A stretch of DNA of 58,540 bases, counting the filler, from Perkinsus olseni (lineage: Eukaryota): the NCBI GenBank assembly GCA_013115125.1. It is 3 parts of 3 records of this genome, joined end to end, with 100 filler letters (N's around TTAATTAATTAA, not from the genome) between each part and the next. Parts side by side here need not be neighbours in the genome. Positions count along the whole stretch, not along the records: positions 19,624 to 39,143 come from JABANN010000598.1; 2 more parts are not named here. One strand, 5' to 3'. Positions 24,070 through 36,073 of the stretch are shown piece by piece. The first letter of the stretch is position 1. Each line of letters opens with the position of its first letter. Under the pieces are notes generated by a model. It was not told the origin of the DNA. It did no database searches and saw nothing but the letters and a program-made list of their open reading frames with translations. Both the position numbers and the translations under genes were made by a program.

Positions 24070-24930
24070 AGTCATAACTGCCGGCAGTCCCGGCAACTCC
24101 GCCCTCCACCTCATATATTGAAACAATTGACCTATATCCGGTCACAGTTTCATCGTTACAGAGAAGCCAGCCACCAGTTGTGCCTCTAAAGTCAGCTGCA
24201 TAGCGCGCATGACTAGTTTCGGAGCCATGGTGTGTGACACCACCTCTCCAGATCAGGATGCTTGTTCCATCCGAATCGATCCAGAAAGGTACTTACAGAG
24301 TTAACTCCGTTCGGCCCTCGAAATCTGCTGTGACAGCAGTAACCTCTGGCTCACAGTGTGGACGTTCCACACAATCTGGAAAGGCTTGGCTTCGAGACGG
24401 GTCTTGCGATTGCTCCCATGTGGGCGAGTTGGCATGCCTGTGGCCGGCTACTTGTCGTTGTTTCGGGTGATATAAATTGCTACGCAACCACCACATCAGA
24501 AGGTGAACACATACGATTCTCGCCTTTCAAACTTTTGGCCAACTTCAGATGGTAAGTTCGACTGTCGAACTTCGACAGGTAAATTTGATACACATCCGTA
24601 GCTGGAGAAGAATGCTGAGGGGGTCGTAGACCTTGGAGACTAGTGGGCGCAGCTGTCCACGATTACTGGGTACTCCATGCCGATAAGCGTCGAGAAGCTT
24701 CCTGATAGATTCCAGAAGGGCCACATCTTGTCCAGGGAAGAGTGGTAGCCGAGAAGGTTACCTTCTTGTCGGAGCCACCGACGATGTCGTCCATGTAGCC
24801 TACATGATGTAGGCACCAACGGCTCCATACTGTGATTGTGCTGATCCGAGAACCGCTGTAATGGACGGCTAGGGGTACACGATGAGTCTGCAGCGGCGAC
24901 TAGATCGGGCATTGAGGATGCTGTCACAGC
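24070..24930 (-). pseudogene. Degenerate ubiquitin-specific protease (USP/UCH)-like sequence
   Basis: 24140-24243 reads GVTHHGSETSHARYAADFRGTTGGWLLCNDETVT, resembling the USP His-box (VxHxG..GHY..W..ND..V) but with GHY replaced by ARY. Upstream frames are broken by stops. Confidence 0.45.
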
Positions 24931-25422
24931 ATTGCTGTGGCATTGCCGTTGTCAAGAATAAGGTGTGACCGTAAGGTATGTAGATGGGCAGACATATAAA
25001 GTGTGTGGATAAGCGATCAGGTGTGACCAAACAGGGGGGCTCGGGGAGAGGCTCGATCAGCCTAGGGTCTCCCCCCATGGCGGCCATGGCATGCCCCAAC
25101 ACATGCACTTCACATGGCTGGACTCACGAACATGCGTTGGCTGCGCTCCAACGCGAGACGGTAGGTGGTGGCCATCGATGAACGAGTAAAGGTAGAAGCC
25201 ACTCATGTCCAAGCACCGCTCAATTCGAGTGATGACTGTAAATAGACTGCCTCTCGGAAAGGCTGTTTGATTCACTGTCGAATTTGGAAAGATGATTACG
25301 AGAATCACTTTCTTGCAAGCGAGCTCCCGTGTTCAATCACCTGCGCAATAACCACTATACAAGATTCGATTTTCTTCTTCCGCAATCTCATAACCGCGCT
25401 AGCACATACATCCGCAGCTGCT

Positions 25423-25494
25423 GCCTTGTAGTCCCCACGGAATAGGGCATGTCTGGAAGGTAGTAGGTCCCGAGTTCGACCCCGGCACCCGGCA
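25423..25494 (+). pseudogene. Degenerate tRNA-derived sequence
   Basis: GGTCCCGAGTTCGACCCCGG is T-arm/B-box-like; the D and anticodon arms do not fold. Confidence 0.45.
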
Positions 25495-25869
25495 CTTACT
25501 CTCCAACGTAACAGAACAGTGACATCAAATGTGCCAAAGCGACGACGTTATCGCTCTTCTCGATGAGCTCGGTCAGCTGAACCCCCAGGGCAGGCCGTAA
25601 CCTGAAACAACGAAGAATCACAATGCACCGCGATCACTCGGATTAAAGATCCAATACGAGCCCGCCTAAAAGCAGGAGCATCTCTATTACACTAAATTTG
25701 TGTAGTAGAGATGCGCCTGGTTGAATTTGTGTCACAATTCTTGGCTACTTTGCCATCCGCTCGAGCAAAAGATGGAAGAGAGCAAGACCCTACCTATTCC
25801 CGGGGCGCATCTTCCACTTCTTCACGTCAGCCTCCACATGCCTCATTCTTTTGAAGGGAATCTGGGCCT

Positions 25870-27111
25870 TCAAGAACCTATCTCGCTCCCACGCCTGAAA
25901 TGCGTACGTACCTCCTTAGCATCAGGCACAGCAACCTGTCGTGCCGTGCTCAAACACACGAGAGATTTCCTAGTCGTGGAATTGCCCCCCCTCACCTCCA
26001 TGTCCACGGGATCCATAGTTTTCCATCGCTTAGTGACCTTCTCTTTCGACGGCACTGTCGATTTCGGACGCTAAGATGAACCACTTCTCAACCGGTAGGC
26101 GTTGTTGTCAGCCATCGGCCAAAGTCTCACGGTTTTGACAGGATCCTTATACTCGTCTTTAAAACGGAAGTCATCTGCTATGATGAGCTTGGCTAGTTGA
26201 TCAGGTCGCATGAATGATATGAAGTCCGGGAACGACTGGAATTCGCCTGGCATGAAGAATACCGACAGTGGGGATCGAACTCGAGACCTCAAGAAAGTTA
26301 CCATGGACTCCTCCCTGCGAACCCAGCATACTCCGTACCCATTCAGCTTGTCTAGGGTCGGCATCTCGCGGCGGAAAGAAGGTCTCAGACGAGAAGTACC
26401 TATTGAATACGATAGAACGAGGCCAAAGAATCCCGACCTTCCCGCAATCAACCGGCATGCCAAGAAGATGCTCACCTGTTCTCAACGGCCTCGAGTATCT
26501 TCTCTCCCATCACTCGATTCGCGCTTCCCACATCTTGCATCAGCACCAACAACACCAATGCATGGTGAGCCGACAGAGAGTGATGTTCGTTAATTAAGGG
26601 TATCAGCCTCTGATCATTACGCAGGTCCCCTGTTCGATCCCAGCAACAGGCAATTTTCAGCGTTTTCTCCCCCAATTCCGGTCGCAACGCCGAATACCTA
26701 CTTTTTCGAAAATCTTCTTCCCGTTGTCCTTATCCTCCCTTGCCATAACATAGGCCGTATTGATGATGTTGTCCAAGGAATCATACTCGACCTCAGCCAC
26801 CCAATCACGTCCCTCCGCCACCGACTGCGACTGCGACACTGCTGCTGCTTCTTGTCGCAGTACTCGGCTGAATAAACGATCGCCCGAGGGCATGTGGGAG
26901 GAGACAGTCGAGGTCAAAGACGTGTAGGGAGAACCATGCACGTGACGAGTAGGGTGACGGCCACACTGAGCTCGGGGACTACCTCAACTGCATCGCTCCA
27001 CAAACTCTCCGCGCTGGCCGAATGGACTTCCAAGGCAGTTTGGACAGCATAATCGGGCAAACTGTCCAACAAAAATCGCCCGAGCGCAGGTTCAATTCCC
27101 ACGCCCTCCAT
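25870..27111 (-). CDS. Hypothetical multi-exon protein
   Basis: Protein-like exons (MEGVGIEPALGRFLLDSLPDY, EYDSLDNIINTAYVMARED, HALVLLVLMQDVG, FQSFPDFISFMRPDQLAKLII) separated by GT-AG introns. 3' end uncertain. Confidence 0.5.
26260..26290 (-). pseudogene. tRNA 3'-half-like fragment in a predicted intron
   Basis: GAGGTCTCGAGTTCGATCCCCACTGTCGGTA on the minus strand. Confidence 0.4.
26610..26652 (+). pseudogene. tRNA 3'-half-like fragment antisense in a predicted intron
   Basis: CAGGTCCCCTGTTCGATCCCAG is T-arm/B-box-like. Confidence 0.35.
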
Positions 27112-27164
27112 TTCTAATTAAACCAAACCAAACGCTATCTCCAGCACAGAAGATACCCCCGTTT

Positions 27165-28796
27165 TTATTCTACTAAAGATACAACAACGTGCCACTTAGA
27201 ACTGTTGTCTTCCACCCTAGCCCTCATCTTCTCCCCCATCAGATCAGTCCGAACCTCCGGCACGATCACCTTCGTATAGCGCTTAGTGTGACCAACAGTC
27301 TGGCCTCGCTTCTCATCGACCTCGTCGAACCACACATCCACCAAATCACCAATACCATACAATTTGTCAGTCAACGAGTAGGACATAATGATGTTAGTCA
27401 CCTCAGTACTGCGTTCCTTGATCACCTTGCCGGGCAGTCTCGGTCGGATCCGGGCCGCCGCTGTGCCCGGTCTGGCGTAGAACTGACTGATATTAATAAC
27501 AGGGAACCGATGCCGCTTGATAAGGTCGAGGGTCTCCTGATGATTCTCATCAGACTCTGTCGGGAACCCGCAAATGATGTCGGTGGCCACGGTCAAGTTG
27601 GGCACGCGTGCACGTAAGATACCCACAAGACGGTCAAAATCTTCTACAGTGTATTCCCGTATCATGTGCCTCAACACGTCGTTGCTCCCCGATTGAATGG
27701 GGATGTGGATAAACTCGAAAACTTGCGGGTGCGAGAGTATCTTCGCGACCTCCTCGGCATGCTGCAGGATGTACGGCGGGTTCGTCATGCCCAATCTCAT
27801 CATCGACCTTGGATACTTCTCTAGCTCCACCACGATCTCCCTGAGTAGCTCCGCTATGTTGGTCCCGATGTCCAAACCATAGGCGCCCAAATCCTCAGAG
27901 GTCAGCCAAATCTGCTGGACCCCTTCCGCCAAGGCCATGCGCACGCGTGCAAGGATATCTTCTTTGCTGTAGGACCCCAGGGAACCTCTAGCATACTTGG
28001 TCTTGCAATAAGAGCACTTGCCGAGGCAACCCGTATTGACCGCCACGATCTCGACCAGCGGGTTCCGGCGTATCTTCGGTAGCTGTCGCAGCTCGGGCAA
28101 CTTCTTGTTCTGCAACAACGATACTCGGTTGCCCTTCAGCGTCTCCTCCACCACCTCCACAATTCGATCGATCTGACTCGTTCCAACCAAACTAGAATTC
28201 CTCAACGCCCGACTCTTCCGATCAGCCTGAGGTACGCAGCCGCAAACAACCGTCGGAAGCCCCTCAGACTCAGCCGTCTTCACCAAAGTTGCCAAAGCAT
28301 CTTCGCTAGGATTCTTCACCGTGCATGAGTTCAGCACAACAACATCAGCATCAGAAATCTCCTTAGCGAAGGCGTATCCGTAGCTCGACAGCAGCCCCAT
28401 CATGTACTCAGAGTCACTGGTGTTGTGACTGCACCCGAAAGTTTTAAAGAATATCTTCTGGCCCGCACCCGGAAGATTTCCATCTCCGCTACCAGTCAAA
28501 GGTTCCCTCTGAGGTATCTTTCGAGCAACCTCAACCTTCCTCGACCGTATCGAGGTCGGCGCAACCTCAGCCGACAAATCCAAATCCTCGAGCTCAGGCA
28601 TGCCGGTCGTAGTGGTACAAGATTCGCTCCCGCACCCGCAAGATTCCCCATCATCTGCGCAACAAGAAGCAGCTTCCCTCGGCAACGGTCGAGTGGACCA
28701 CAAATAATAAAGATACGCCGAGGTCGCCAGCATCGCTCCGCTAACCGCAACCACTTTCGTGACCGCCGAAGCTGTCGGGGCTGAACTCTCGGCCAT
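27165..28796 (-). CDS. CDKAL1: Threonylcarbamoyladenosine tRNA methylthiotransferase (CDKAL1/e-MtaB), intronless
   Basis: UPF0004 motifs KTFGCSHNTSDSEYM, LNSCTVK, VCGCVPQ; radical-SAM CxxxCxxC GCLGKCSYCKTKYARG; RLGMTNPPYI; ATDIICGFPTE; NISQFYARPGT; C-terminal TRAM-like VGHTKRYTKVIV. First ATG at 28796. Confidence 0.96.
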   Translation of the reverse strand: MAESSAPTASAVTKVVAVSGAMLATSAYLYYLWSTRPLPREAASCCADDGESCGCGSESCTTTTGMPELEDLDLSAEVAPTSIRSRKVEVARKIPQREPLTGSGDGNLPGAGQKIFFKTFGCSHNTSDSEYMMGLLSSYGYAFAKEISDADVVVLNSCTVKNPSEDALATLVKTAESEGLPTVVCGCVPQADRKSRALRNSSLVGTSQIDRIVEVVEETLKGNRVSLLQNKKLPELRQLPKIRRNPLVEIVAVNTGCLGKCSYCKTKYARGSLGSYSKEDILARVRMALAEGVQQIWLTSEDLGAYGLDIGTNIAELLREIVVELEKYPRSMMRLGMTNPPYILQHAEEVAKILSHPQVFEFIHIPIQSGSNDVLRHMIREYTVEDFDRLVGILRARVPNLTVATDIICGFPTESDENHQETLDLIKRHRFPVINISQFYARPGTAAARIRPRLPGKVIKERSTEVTNIIMSYSLTDKLYGIGDLVDVWFDEVDEKRGQTVGHTKRYTKVIVPEVRTDLMGEKMRARVEDNSSKWHVVVSLVE

Positions 28797-30067
28797 GGGA
28801 GGAGTAGTAACAAGAACTTCCGAAAATCTGGAATGAGAGCCCCTCCGACTCAAGAGTGTGAGATTGGAAAATCCGCAGCATCATCTTCTCAGTGCGCCCT
28901 TTCAAGGTGATTTTATTGGCGCAACGCTCCGCTAAGAATAGCAGCAAATTTGATGAATTACTAATCCGCCCATCCCTAGACAGAAAAAGGTAGCGGCTGG
29001 AAGAGTTTTGAAGAGCTAGTGTGTAGAATTGGCGTGACAGCTGCCGGGCGGCGCCCTTTTGTGCTGAGAGACGTGGTGACTGTACCATGTACAGCACGAT
29101 GTATAAGAAAAGCATTCACCGATGCCGTCCCTAGGCGAGGCCTCAGTCCCTCGAAAATCGCCACAGGGAGACCGCCCATCCCTCTGGGTTGATCGTGGAA
29201 AGGGGGCCATTGCCAGGGGCACTCAACACGACAAAGGCACGGTCGTTGACAGCATGATTGACCATGAACTTTCAATTGTACCGGATAGCTCTCCTCCAGC
29301 GCACAAAAGCCGCACCGCACAGACGCCTGTGGTGATGAAACGTAGCCTAGCAAGGAGATGTTGAGAATGAAGACAAAGTAGACAACTTTATACAATTCAA
29401 TACTCTTCACCGCGCGACGATGGAAGAATCTATGGTTGGACATAGGTCATTGCACGTCATAGCGTCTGAGTCGCTTCCTTCTTTCGGTAACTCACCTCGA
29501 ACACTCCTGATTGCACTGCCATACCCAGCAGTTCGACCAGCCATCTCAGCTCAGCGTCCCCAACATCAAAAATGCTCAACCGGGGATAATCCTCATCTGA
29601 CAGGAAGACGACTCAGGTTAAATGTCAGCACCGCAATTGAAGATGGTTTTTTGGGTTCGCGAAAGCACTATAAGGGGGCGTCTAGATGCTGCCACGAAAA
29701 CGAGCCCAAACAACGCCGCAGAGAACAATCTGAGCGACCCACATCAACAAAACCATCACCTATTCTGTGCACCCTATGGTGTATCGATCAACTGGGCGAG
29801 CGCTAATCTAACAGTAACAACCCACCAAGAAGAATTGCGGAGCGAGCGAAGCGAGCGGAGCATATACTGTCACTTCTGCGCTTTTTTGTGCGTTCGTTCG
29901 TTCGTTCAAATTATTTCTCCGCGACCATGTCGATTCAACTCGCAAGACACATACCATTCGAAAGCTCGCGGTTTGTGTATTCTATAAAAAATACGAAATC
30001 GCCATTATCCCGGTTCTACCGAGCAAAACCGTCGTGGACCGTTGTAGATGAACCCGAAAAAATACGG

Positions 30068-30136
30068 AAAAAAGCCCGGGCTGGGGTTCGAACCCGAGAC
30101 TTTGTGCCGAGGTCCGCTTTTTCCGTTACGAAGGCC
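30068..30136 (-). pseudogene. Degenerate tRNA-derived sequence with T6 terminator-like run
   Basis: Minus strand ...GTCTCGGGTTCGAACCCCAGCCCGGGC-TTTTTT. Confidence 0.45.
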
Positions 30137-33100
30137 TAGTAGATATCTCTCCCGGAACGTTCCCAGAGCACCCCACTACCGAAAGCCAGCTTCTCCTCCT
30201 CATAAGCGGTCAGAAATTCAAAAATGGTGTCCGTCAAATCTTGATCACCCTGCAACAACTTGGCCCAAGCCTGGCAGAGGACAACAAGGCATCTTCTCTG
30301 AATTTCCTGGCGCGAGACAAAACAGACGACTTTGGTACTCTTATGATGAGCGAATTCGTTAAAGCTGAGCTCGACACCATAACCGACCTCAGATCTCGGA
30401 TCGCTACGCATCGACATTCATGCAGCAAACAGAATAAAAGATACTCTATGAAGTCTCTCCCGCTACCAAATGGCCATTAAGGAGTCTCACGAAAGGAATG
30501 AAGGATATTGATGCTTCGTATGATCAAGACGCACCTTCCGCGTCATCCCATAGTCGACCTAAGATTCCCTCCTTACCTTCCCCCGAACATCCCTGGCTGC
30601 ATCATAGACCCCCTCGTCTCCCCCAAACGCCCCCTTGGGACCTATCCAAGTATCTCAGACACCAGACACAGCTGCCCCAAAAGCGACTCCGCCTGAGCGG
30701 TGCCATGAGCATCTCCAATCCGCTGCTCTCGCCTACGAACAAGCAACCATCGCCAAACCCCACCGTATACAATTCAACGTGTGGCCACTGGTCACATTGT
30801 ACTAGCTTTATCAGCACTCATCACCTCGATGACTCACTACCTTTATCTGTTCTAAATCGCTCACTCTGAGCCCAATCTACTCAAGTTCTACTACTACAAC
30901 AAGTTGGTACAACCCTCCGATAGCAAACCTTCGACTGGATAACAAAGTCGACACTCATCCGAACCGCACTCGCCTAAGATACGCCTAATGCGCCGCGCGC
31001 ACTATACCACAACTTCCCCGTAAATCAACTGAAGACGAAGGGACTCCCTCACCCCCTAAAAGTCCTCACCGCTTCGCTGATCCCTACCTTCTCTTCATCT
31101 TCTCCCGAGCCACAACATAATCGTACAGGAACAGACGGCTCACTGCTGACCGCGTTGAGTCCATCACGCGTGACAAGCTCAGCCTGAGCAGCTCATCATC
31201 TCGCACGAATCTTTACTTCTGACAACTCCCCCCTTCAACCTTAGATCCCAAACAAGCCATCGACGGAACGCTACGAAGTTTCGGAGTATCCCACTAAAGC
31301 ACATATAACAGAAAAAATTCCCCCAAAACCGTTCTCCTTTTCGGCGATAAAAAACACATCCTACGGTGAATTTTTCACTCGTTAGTAATCGGCGGTGTGT
31401 TTGGGAATTCATCCAATATTATAATAATATTCATTTGAGCCGGAATATCTGGATCAGAAAGCCTGTAATTGGGTCGCCTATTACCCGACCCTGCATGAGC
31501 ATGCCCGTACTGGCTGTGGCCAGGTATACGGAGAGTTCATAATACAAAACCTGTCTGCCATTCCTCCAACCACAGATGCCCAAATTCACTGCGGCCTGAG
31601 GTGGAGGTGCTATTTCATTTTCCAGGTCCAGCACGGTACAGATTTTCCAAAACCACAACCGTCTTAGAAACCTCTCCAAAGTAAAAAATTTTCCAACACT
31701 ACAGCAAGGTCAGTATGTTCAGCAAATTTCAAAGAGGGATAATTCCGAACGCAGTGCCCTCCCGCGAGACAACATGGAACAGAAAACGCCCTGGTAAGCC
31801 GTTACTCCGTAACCAGCAGTTCTCTCCGTACTACTCTTCTTCTCCTTTCCTCGTCAACGGCAGGTCGATGATAGATTCAAAAAAGGCCGAGGATACCCTT
31901 TCCTGTCCAACCATGGGCCAGCCTTCTTCAGAGCGACGCCGATCCCCCCGCTGCGCCTGAGAAATACACCCACCGAATAAACTTGACCAAAACTTGCGCC
32001 ACTTGGCCTCACTTGCTTTTCCTCAACGACGGCCATCCTCTCAATACGCCGTCGCAAAACCTCAACTCGGGCCCTTCTCCGGGCTAAAACTCCACGCCAT
32101 CGCTTCTGCAATAACCTCACCTAAAAGAGACCAACCGGTCCACCTAAAACTGTAAGAGGGGACAGAAGGCACTGAAGGTTATAATGAATCACTAATTCAC
32201 ACTACAATAACAAGCCTACATTGTACCATATCCTGTCTGATTATGGCGAAATGTGGTATACAAATTATCAATATTCTACCGTTGATTTATCATAATGAGC
32301 TATCATACATACTCAGTACACGACAAAGCTGTATACACTACGCCGAAATTACGTAATAATAAATACTACACTACGCGTATTGATTCATTATAAATAAATA
32401 CACAATTTCCAGTTAATACATCATCGATGTTCTTTCCTGAGCAGACGTCCCGGCCACGTGGGCCCCATAGCCGCCTTAGTTCTTTCCAAGAGACAGCAAA
32501 CATCATCGATATCGAAAACTGAGATTGTCCAACTATTTCGTTGATGAATCCTCTCCTTTAAGCAAACGGCTGTCCCACGAGATGTTTGTCAACCCATAAC
32601 GAAAATAACTGAAATGCTCCCAGATTTTATTACCCTCGCCAAGAACAACCGAATCACCCTCGTGTACTTCCTTCGATGCGTCGCTCCACTTCTCCCGAGG
32701 TTCTTCATCAGAAACGACCTCACAATTCTTGCACTCTTGATCTTCCTTGCATTTCCTCCAACCACCTCAGCGGCTCCACAATCAACTCGTAAGGTTGACC
32801 CAACCCTGCATGTGCGAATCCATCGCCTGTAGTATCTCTGAATTCTCGAAGCTGCTTCGCTCCGCTCGACCTCCGATTTATCCTTCATTCTCTTTTCCTT
32901 CAACAGCTCTCTCATTCTCGCTAACCCCACCAGACAGTAGACCACCGTCAAAGTCTTCTGGCGGGCGGAATCCACAGACCCCTCCCACATGCTTCGCCTT
33001 TGGTCATCCGCTACTCTCCTAGGCTTTTCGGTTGGTGATCTTACGACTGACAAAAAAAAGACAATCGTCATTTCCTCACTACTAGTACCTCGCTACATCA

Positions 33101-35158
33101 AATTTCCTCCAGTATCAAATTTTACATGAGGAGAAATTAACGAATGGATACAAACAGGAAGAAAATTATCAGCACTCAAAATCGAACCTAGGCCTTTACA
33201 TGCCAAAGCGAAGAAGGTAACCATTAGACCACGCATCCCCACCAGAATACTACCAGCATTTTTGTTATCCACAGCCTCCTTCGCCTTCTCATCACCGAGA
33301 CGCTGCATCTCCAACCGCCTTTTTCGATTCTCCTCATGCCTGCATAACCATCTCAATCCTCCGCAAGAAGAAGAACCTTCACACAGCTTACGGACCGAAA
33401 TTCCTCCAAAAAACCATACCATAATTCGCCCAAATCACAGTACTGATCTTCAATTCCAGCGCCGTCGATATCTAGGTCCTTCTCGCTCACAGGTCACAGG
33501 TCCGCAAAAATATGCTATTGATTATTCAACGAACAAAAATACCGCCAGTACTGTTTTTCATTTTACATTTCTGCAGTGTTGAAAAATTAGGCGAAATTTG
33601 ACTTCAGGCGAAATCGGAAACGAATGCCTTAATATTGCGACACTATTCAAAGTGGGAATTCTTGTAAAAAACATATTCCAACCGTAAAAAACCCAGCTGC
33701 CCCATCCCACAGCAGGGGCCCGAAATGATTCCATTCTTCCACCATCACCGACAAACGGCACCCAGCGAACCCTCACCCCACCATCACTACCTCATCTCCC
33801 TGTGGATCGTCTGCAGACACTGAGCCATCCATTTAGCCCTGGAAGTGCGACTAGGATTCGACCGAACATTCCTGCTGATTCTGTCCCCTCCCCTGCGCCG
33901 GGCCTCCTTGAACCTTCTCCTCTTCTCCGCAACGATCGCTGCCACGCGTTGCTGAATCTGCAGATGACAGCCTGATTGAATCTCATACTTTTTTCGAGTG
34001 GAACCGGAATTACATGACGCCTGCCATGGTAAGTTATACGAGTCACAAGCGAAACGTTTATCAACTGGAATCTCATACATGCAGCGAGAGCGCAAGACTG
34101 AGTCCATCATTGTCCTCGAACAGATGCTCGCGGATTCGCTATTGAAAGACTGCGTCCCCCGGCCCCGCGAGGACCACAACTCCCGAGGCCGACCCCAGTT
34201 CGATGGGTCACAAACTAATGATTCAAATTGGAAGTGAAACACAGATGGTACAGAATCACACTACGGTATTGAATATGAGTTTATATTATTACATTATACA
34301 GTCCTGTCGAAGACAATTGCCCAGAGAGCGTGTGAAGCGTTATCTGCCGAGTAACTACTATATTGCAATTTCGTCGCTCTTTCAAACGATCCGGGGGTAC
34401 TGGAAATACTCACCAGGTTGGACAGGACTGTGCATCATAACTGCTTATAAACCAGATTCCCGGAAGACCAGAGAGCAATAATAGCGGTCATAACAAATCG
34501 GCCCCGCATTACCCACCTCACCATCGAGTACCACACCAGCAGCAATCTCCCTAACTTTCTTAGTCATACCAACATGAACCTCATCCACTCGCGTGACCAC
34601 CGCTATCCTTCGGCGGCCCTCTTGCGAAGACCCTCCCTTCACAACAACCGACACTCCAAATACCCCTTCTCCTGCCTGGCCCGTCCAAGTCCACACAAGC
34701 ACTCCTGAAGGTCTATTCTCAATCGAACAGCAACTATTTTTGGCGCATGGCCTCGTACTCGACACGCTACCATACGACCAGATGCGACAGTCTTTACTCA
34801 AGCACCTCACGGCAACCTTCAACCTCCTTACAAATCCCCTTTTCCTCTCAGTCGCCGCTGGTAACCTTATCGAAAAGTACTTGGGCACGCCCACGAGAGT
34901 ATCGCATTCTCGCTCCTCCGGGCACCCCAGGATCGAGACAGCCATGCTCCCTTCCCTGAGGGAGGGGTCCTGAGGAGCCCTCGCCAACGCGAACTTCAGC
35001 CGACTCTCTTTAATGAGCCTTTCAACATTTACCATCATCTCATCGAAACTAGCGTCGTCCCGAGCAGCCCCAGCGAGCGCTTTCTCTACACACTCTGGAC
35101 TCCACTGACTCATCCCTAGCACCTCCCGACAACTCGCTGCCGGGTTGCTGCTCATCAC
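30136..35158 (-). CDS. Multi-exon basic IQ-motif (calmodulin-binding) hypothetical protein; may be more than one gene
   Basis: IQ-like segments AASRIQRYYRRW, SARIVRSFLMK and RLLQKRWRGVLARRR; coiled-coil-like exons; a 237-aa 5' ORF ending at a GT donor. Exon linkage is inferred. Confidence 0.5.
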
Positions 35159-36017
35159 ACTATCATGAAAACAATACAGTTCACTGAGAGTCTATCAGTG
35201 AGAGAATGCGCCCGATCCACGACGCACGCATCGAGCAAGCTGGTTCAACTCTTTTTTGGTAGAAAGTAACAGAACCCTCACGCTCTGAGACTTATACCAC
35301 ATGACCTTCAATAACCTTAAGTAGCCACTTAAGGGCCGCTTCAAGTGTTAGTGAGTTTCACATGGCCCCCCTAAAGTGGCCATTCAGCAGGGGATCCCCT
35401 AACTCGGAGACTCTCGATGATCATTCTATCACAAAGTGGTCACTAGACCCTAAGTAACCTCTCACATCTCGTTTAGGGCACTGAGGGATAAGTGGTTCTC
35501 TGAGAACCATGTGAGTCACATACGTGACAGCGTCACTGAGTGGGAGCTGAAATCATTTCAGTGAAATGTCCACCACTTTGAGCGAATTCTAAAGGGACCT
35601 GCTCGTCCATCGCACCAGATGTGCGGAGACAGCGCGAAAACAATAGCGCGCGCAGTTTTTCAAGTTGGAGACTGAGAAAGTCAAATTGGCTGAGAAGAAA
35701 TAGACTCTGTGGGATGGATCCGAACGCGCGTCGAAAAGGGCCCCTTAGGGACCACTCTAAGTGGCCCCCCGAAGTATCCGGCCATGAGTGGCCGATTTAT
35801 CTGAAGGGTCCTAAGCAGTAAGTTATTGCCAATAAGTGGTACTTCACAACCTAAGTGTTAGTGCCCAGTTATCAGCGCACGCTGAATCTCGATTGCCGTT
35901 AACTCGCCGTGTGGACTGGTGAAACCGCGAAAGTCTCTGCTATGGTTCTCTCCATTTGTCCAGCGGAGGGGACAGTGTGAGCGTGGAAGCAAGTATGTTC
36001 ACGCATCAGAGGTTTCA

Positions 36018-36073
36018 CAGCATGTGGACAGCATGTGGACAGCCGCCTCTGTCAGCATGTGGACAGAGGCGGC
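36018..36073. repeat. Three CAGCATGTGGA direct repeats overlapping a perfect 12-bp hairpin
   Basis: GCCGCCTCTGTC (36042-36053) pairs with GACAGAGGCGGC (36062-36073); 8-nt loop. Confidence 0.85.

Noticed and set aside
29838-29906. GAGCGAGCGAAGCGAGC and (GTTC)n low-complexity motif
   Set aside because: Too short to assign to an element; no termini found.
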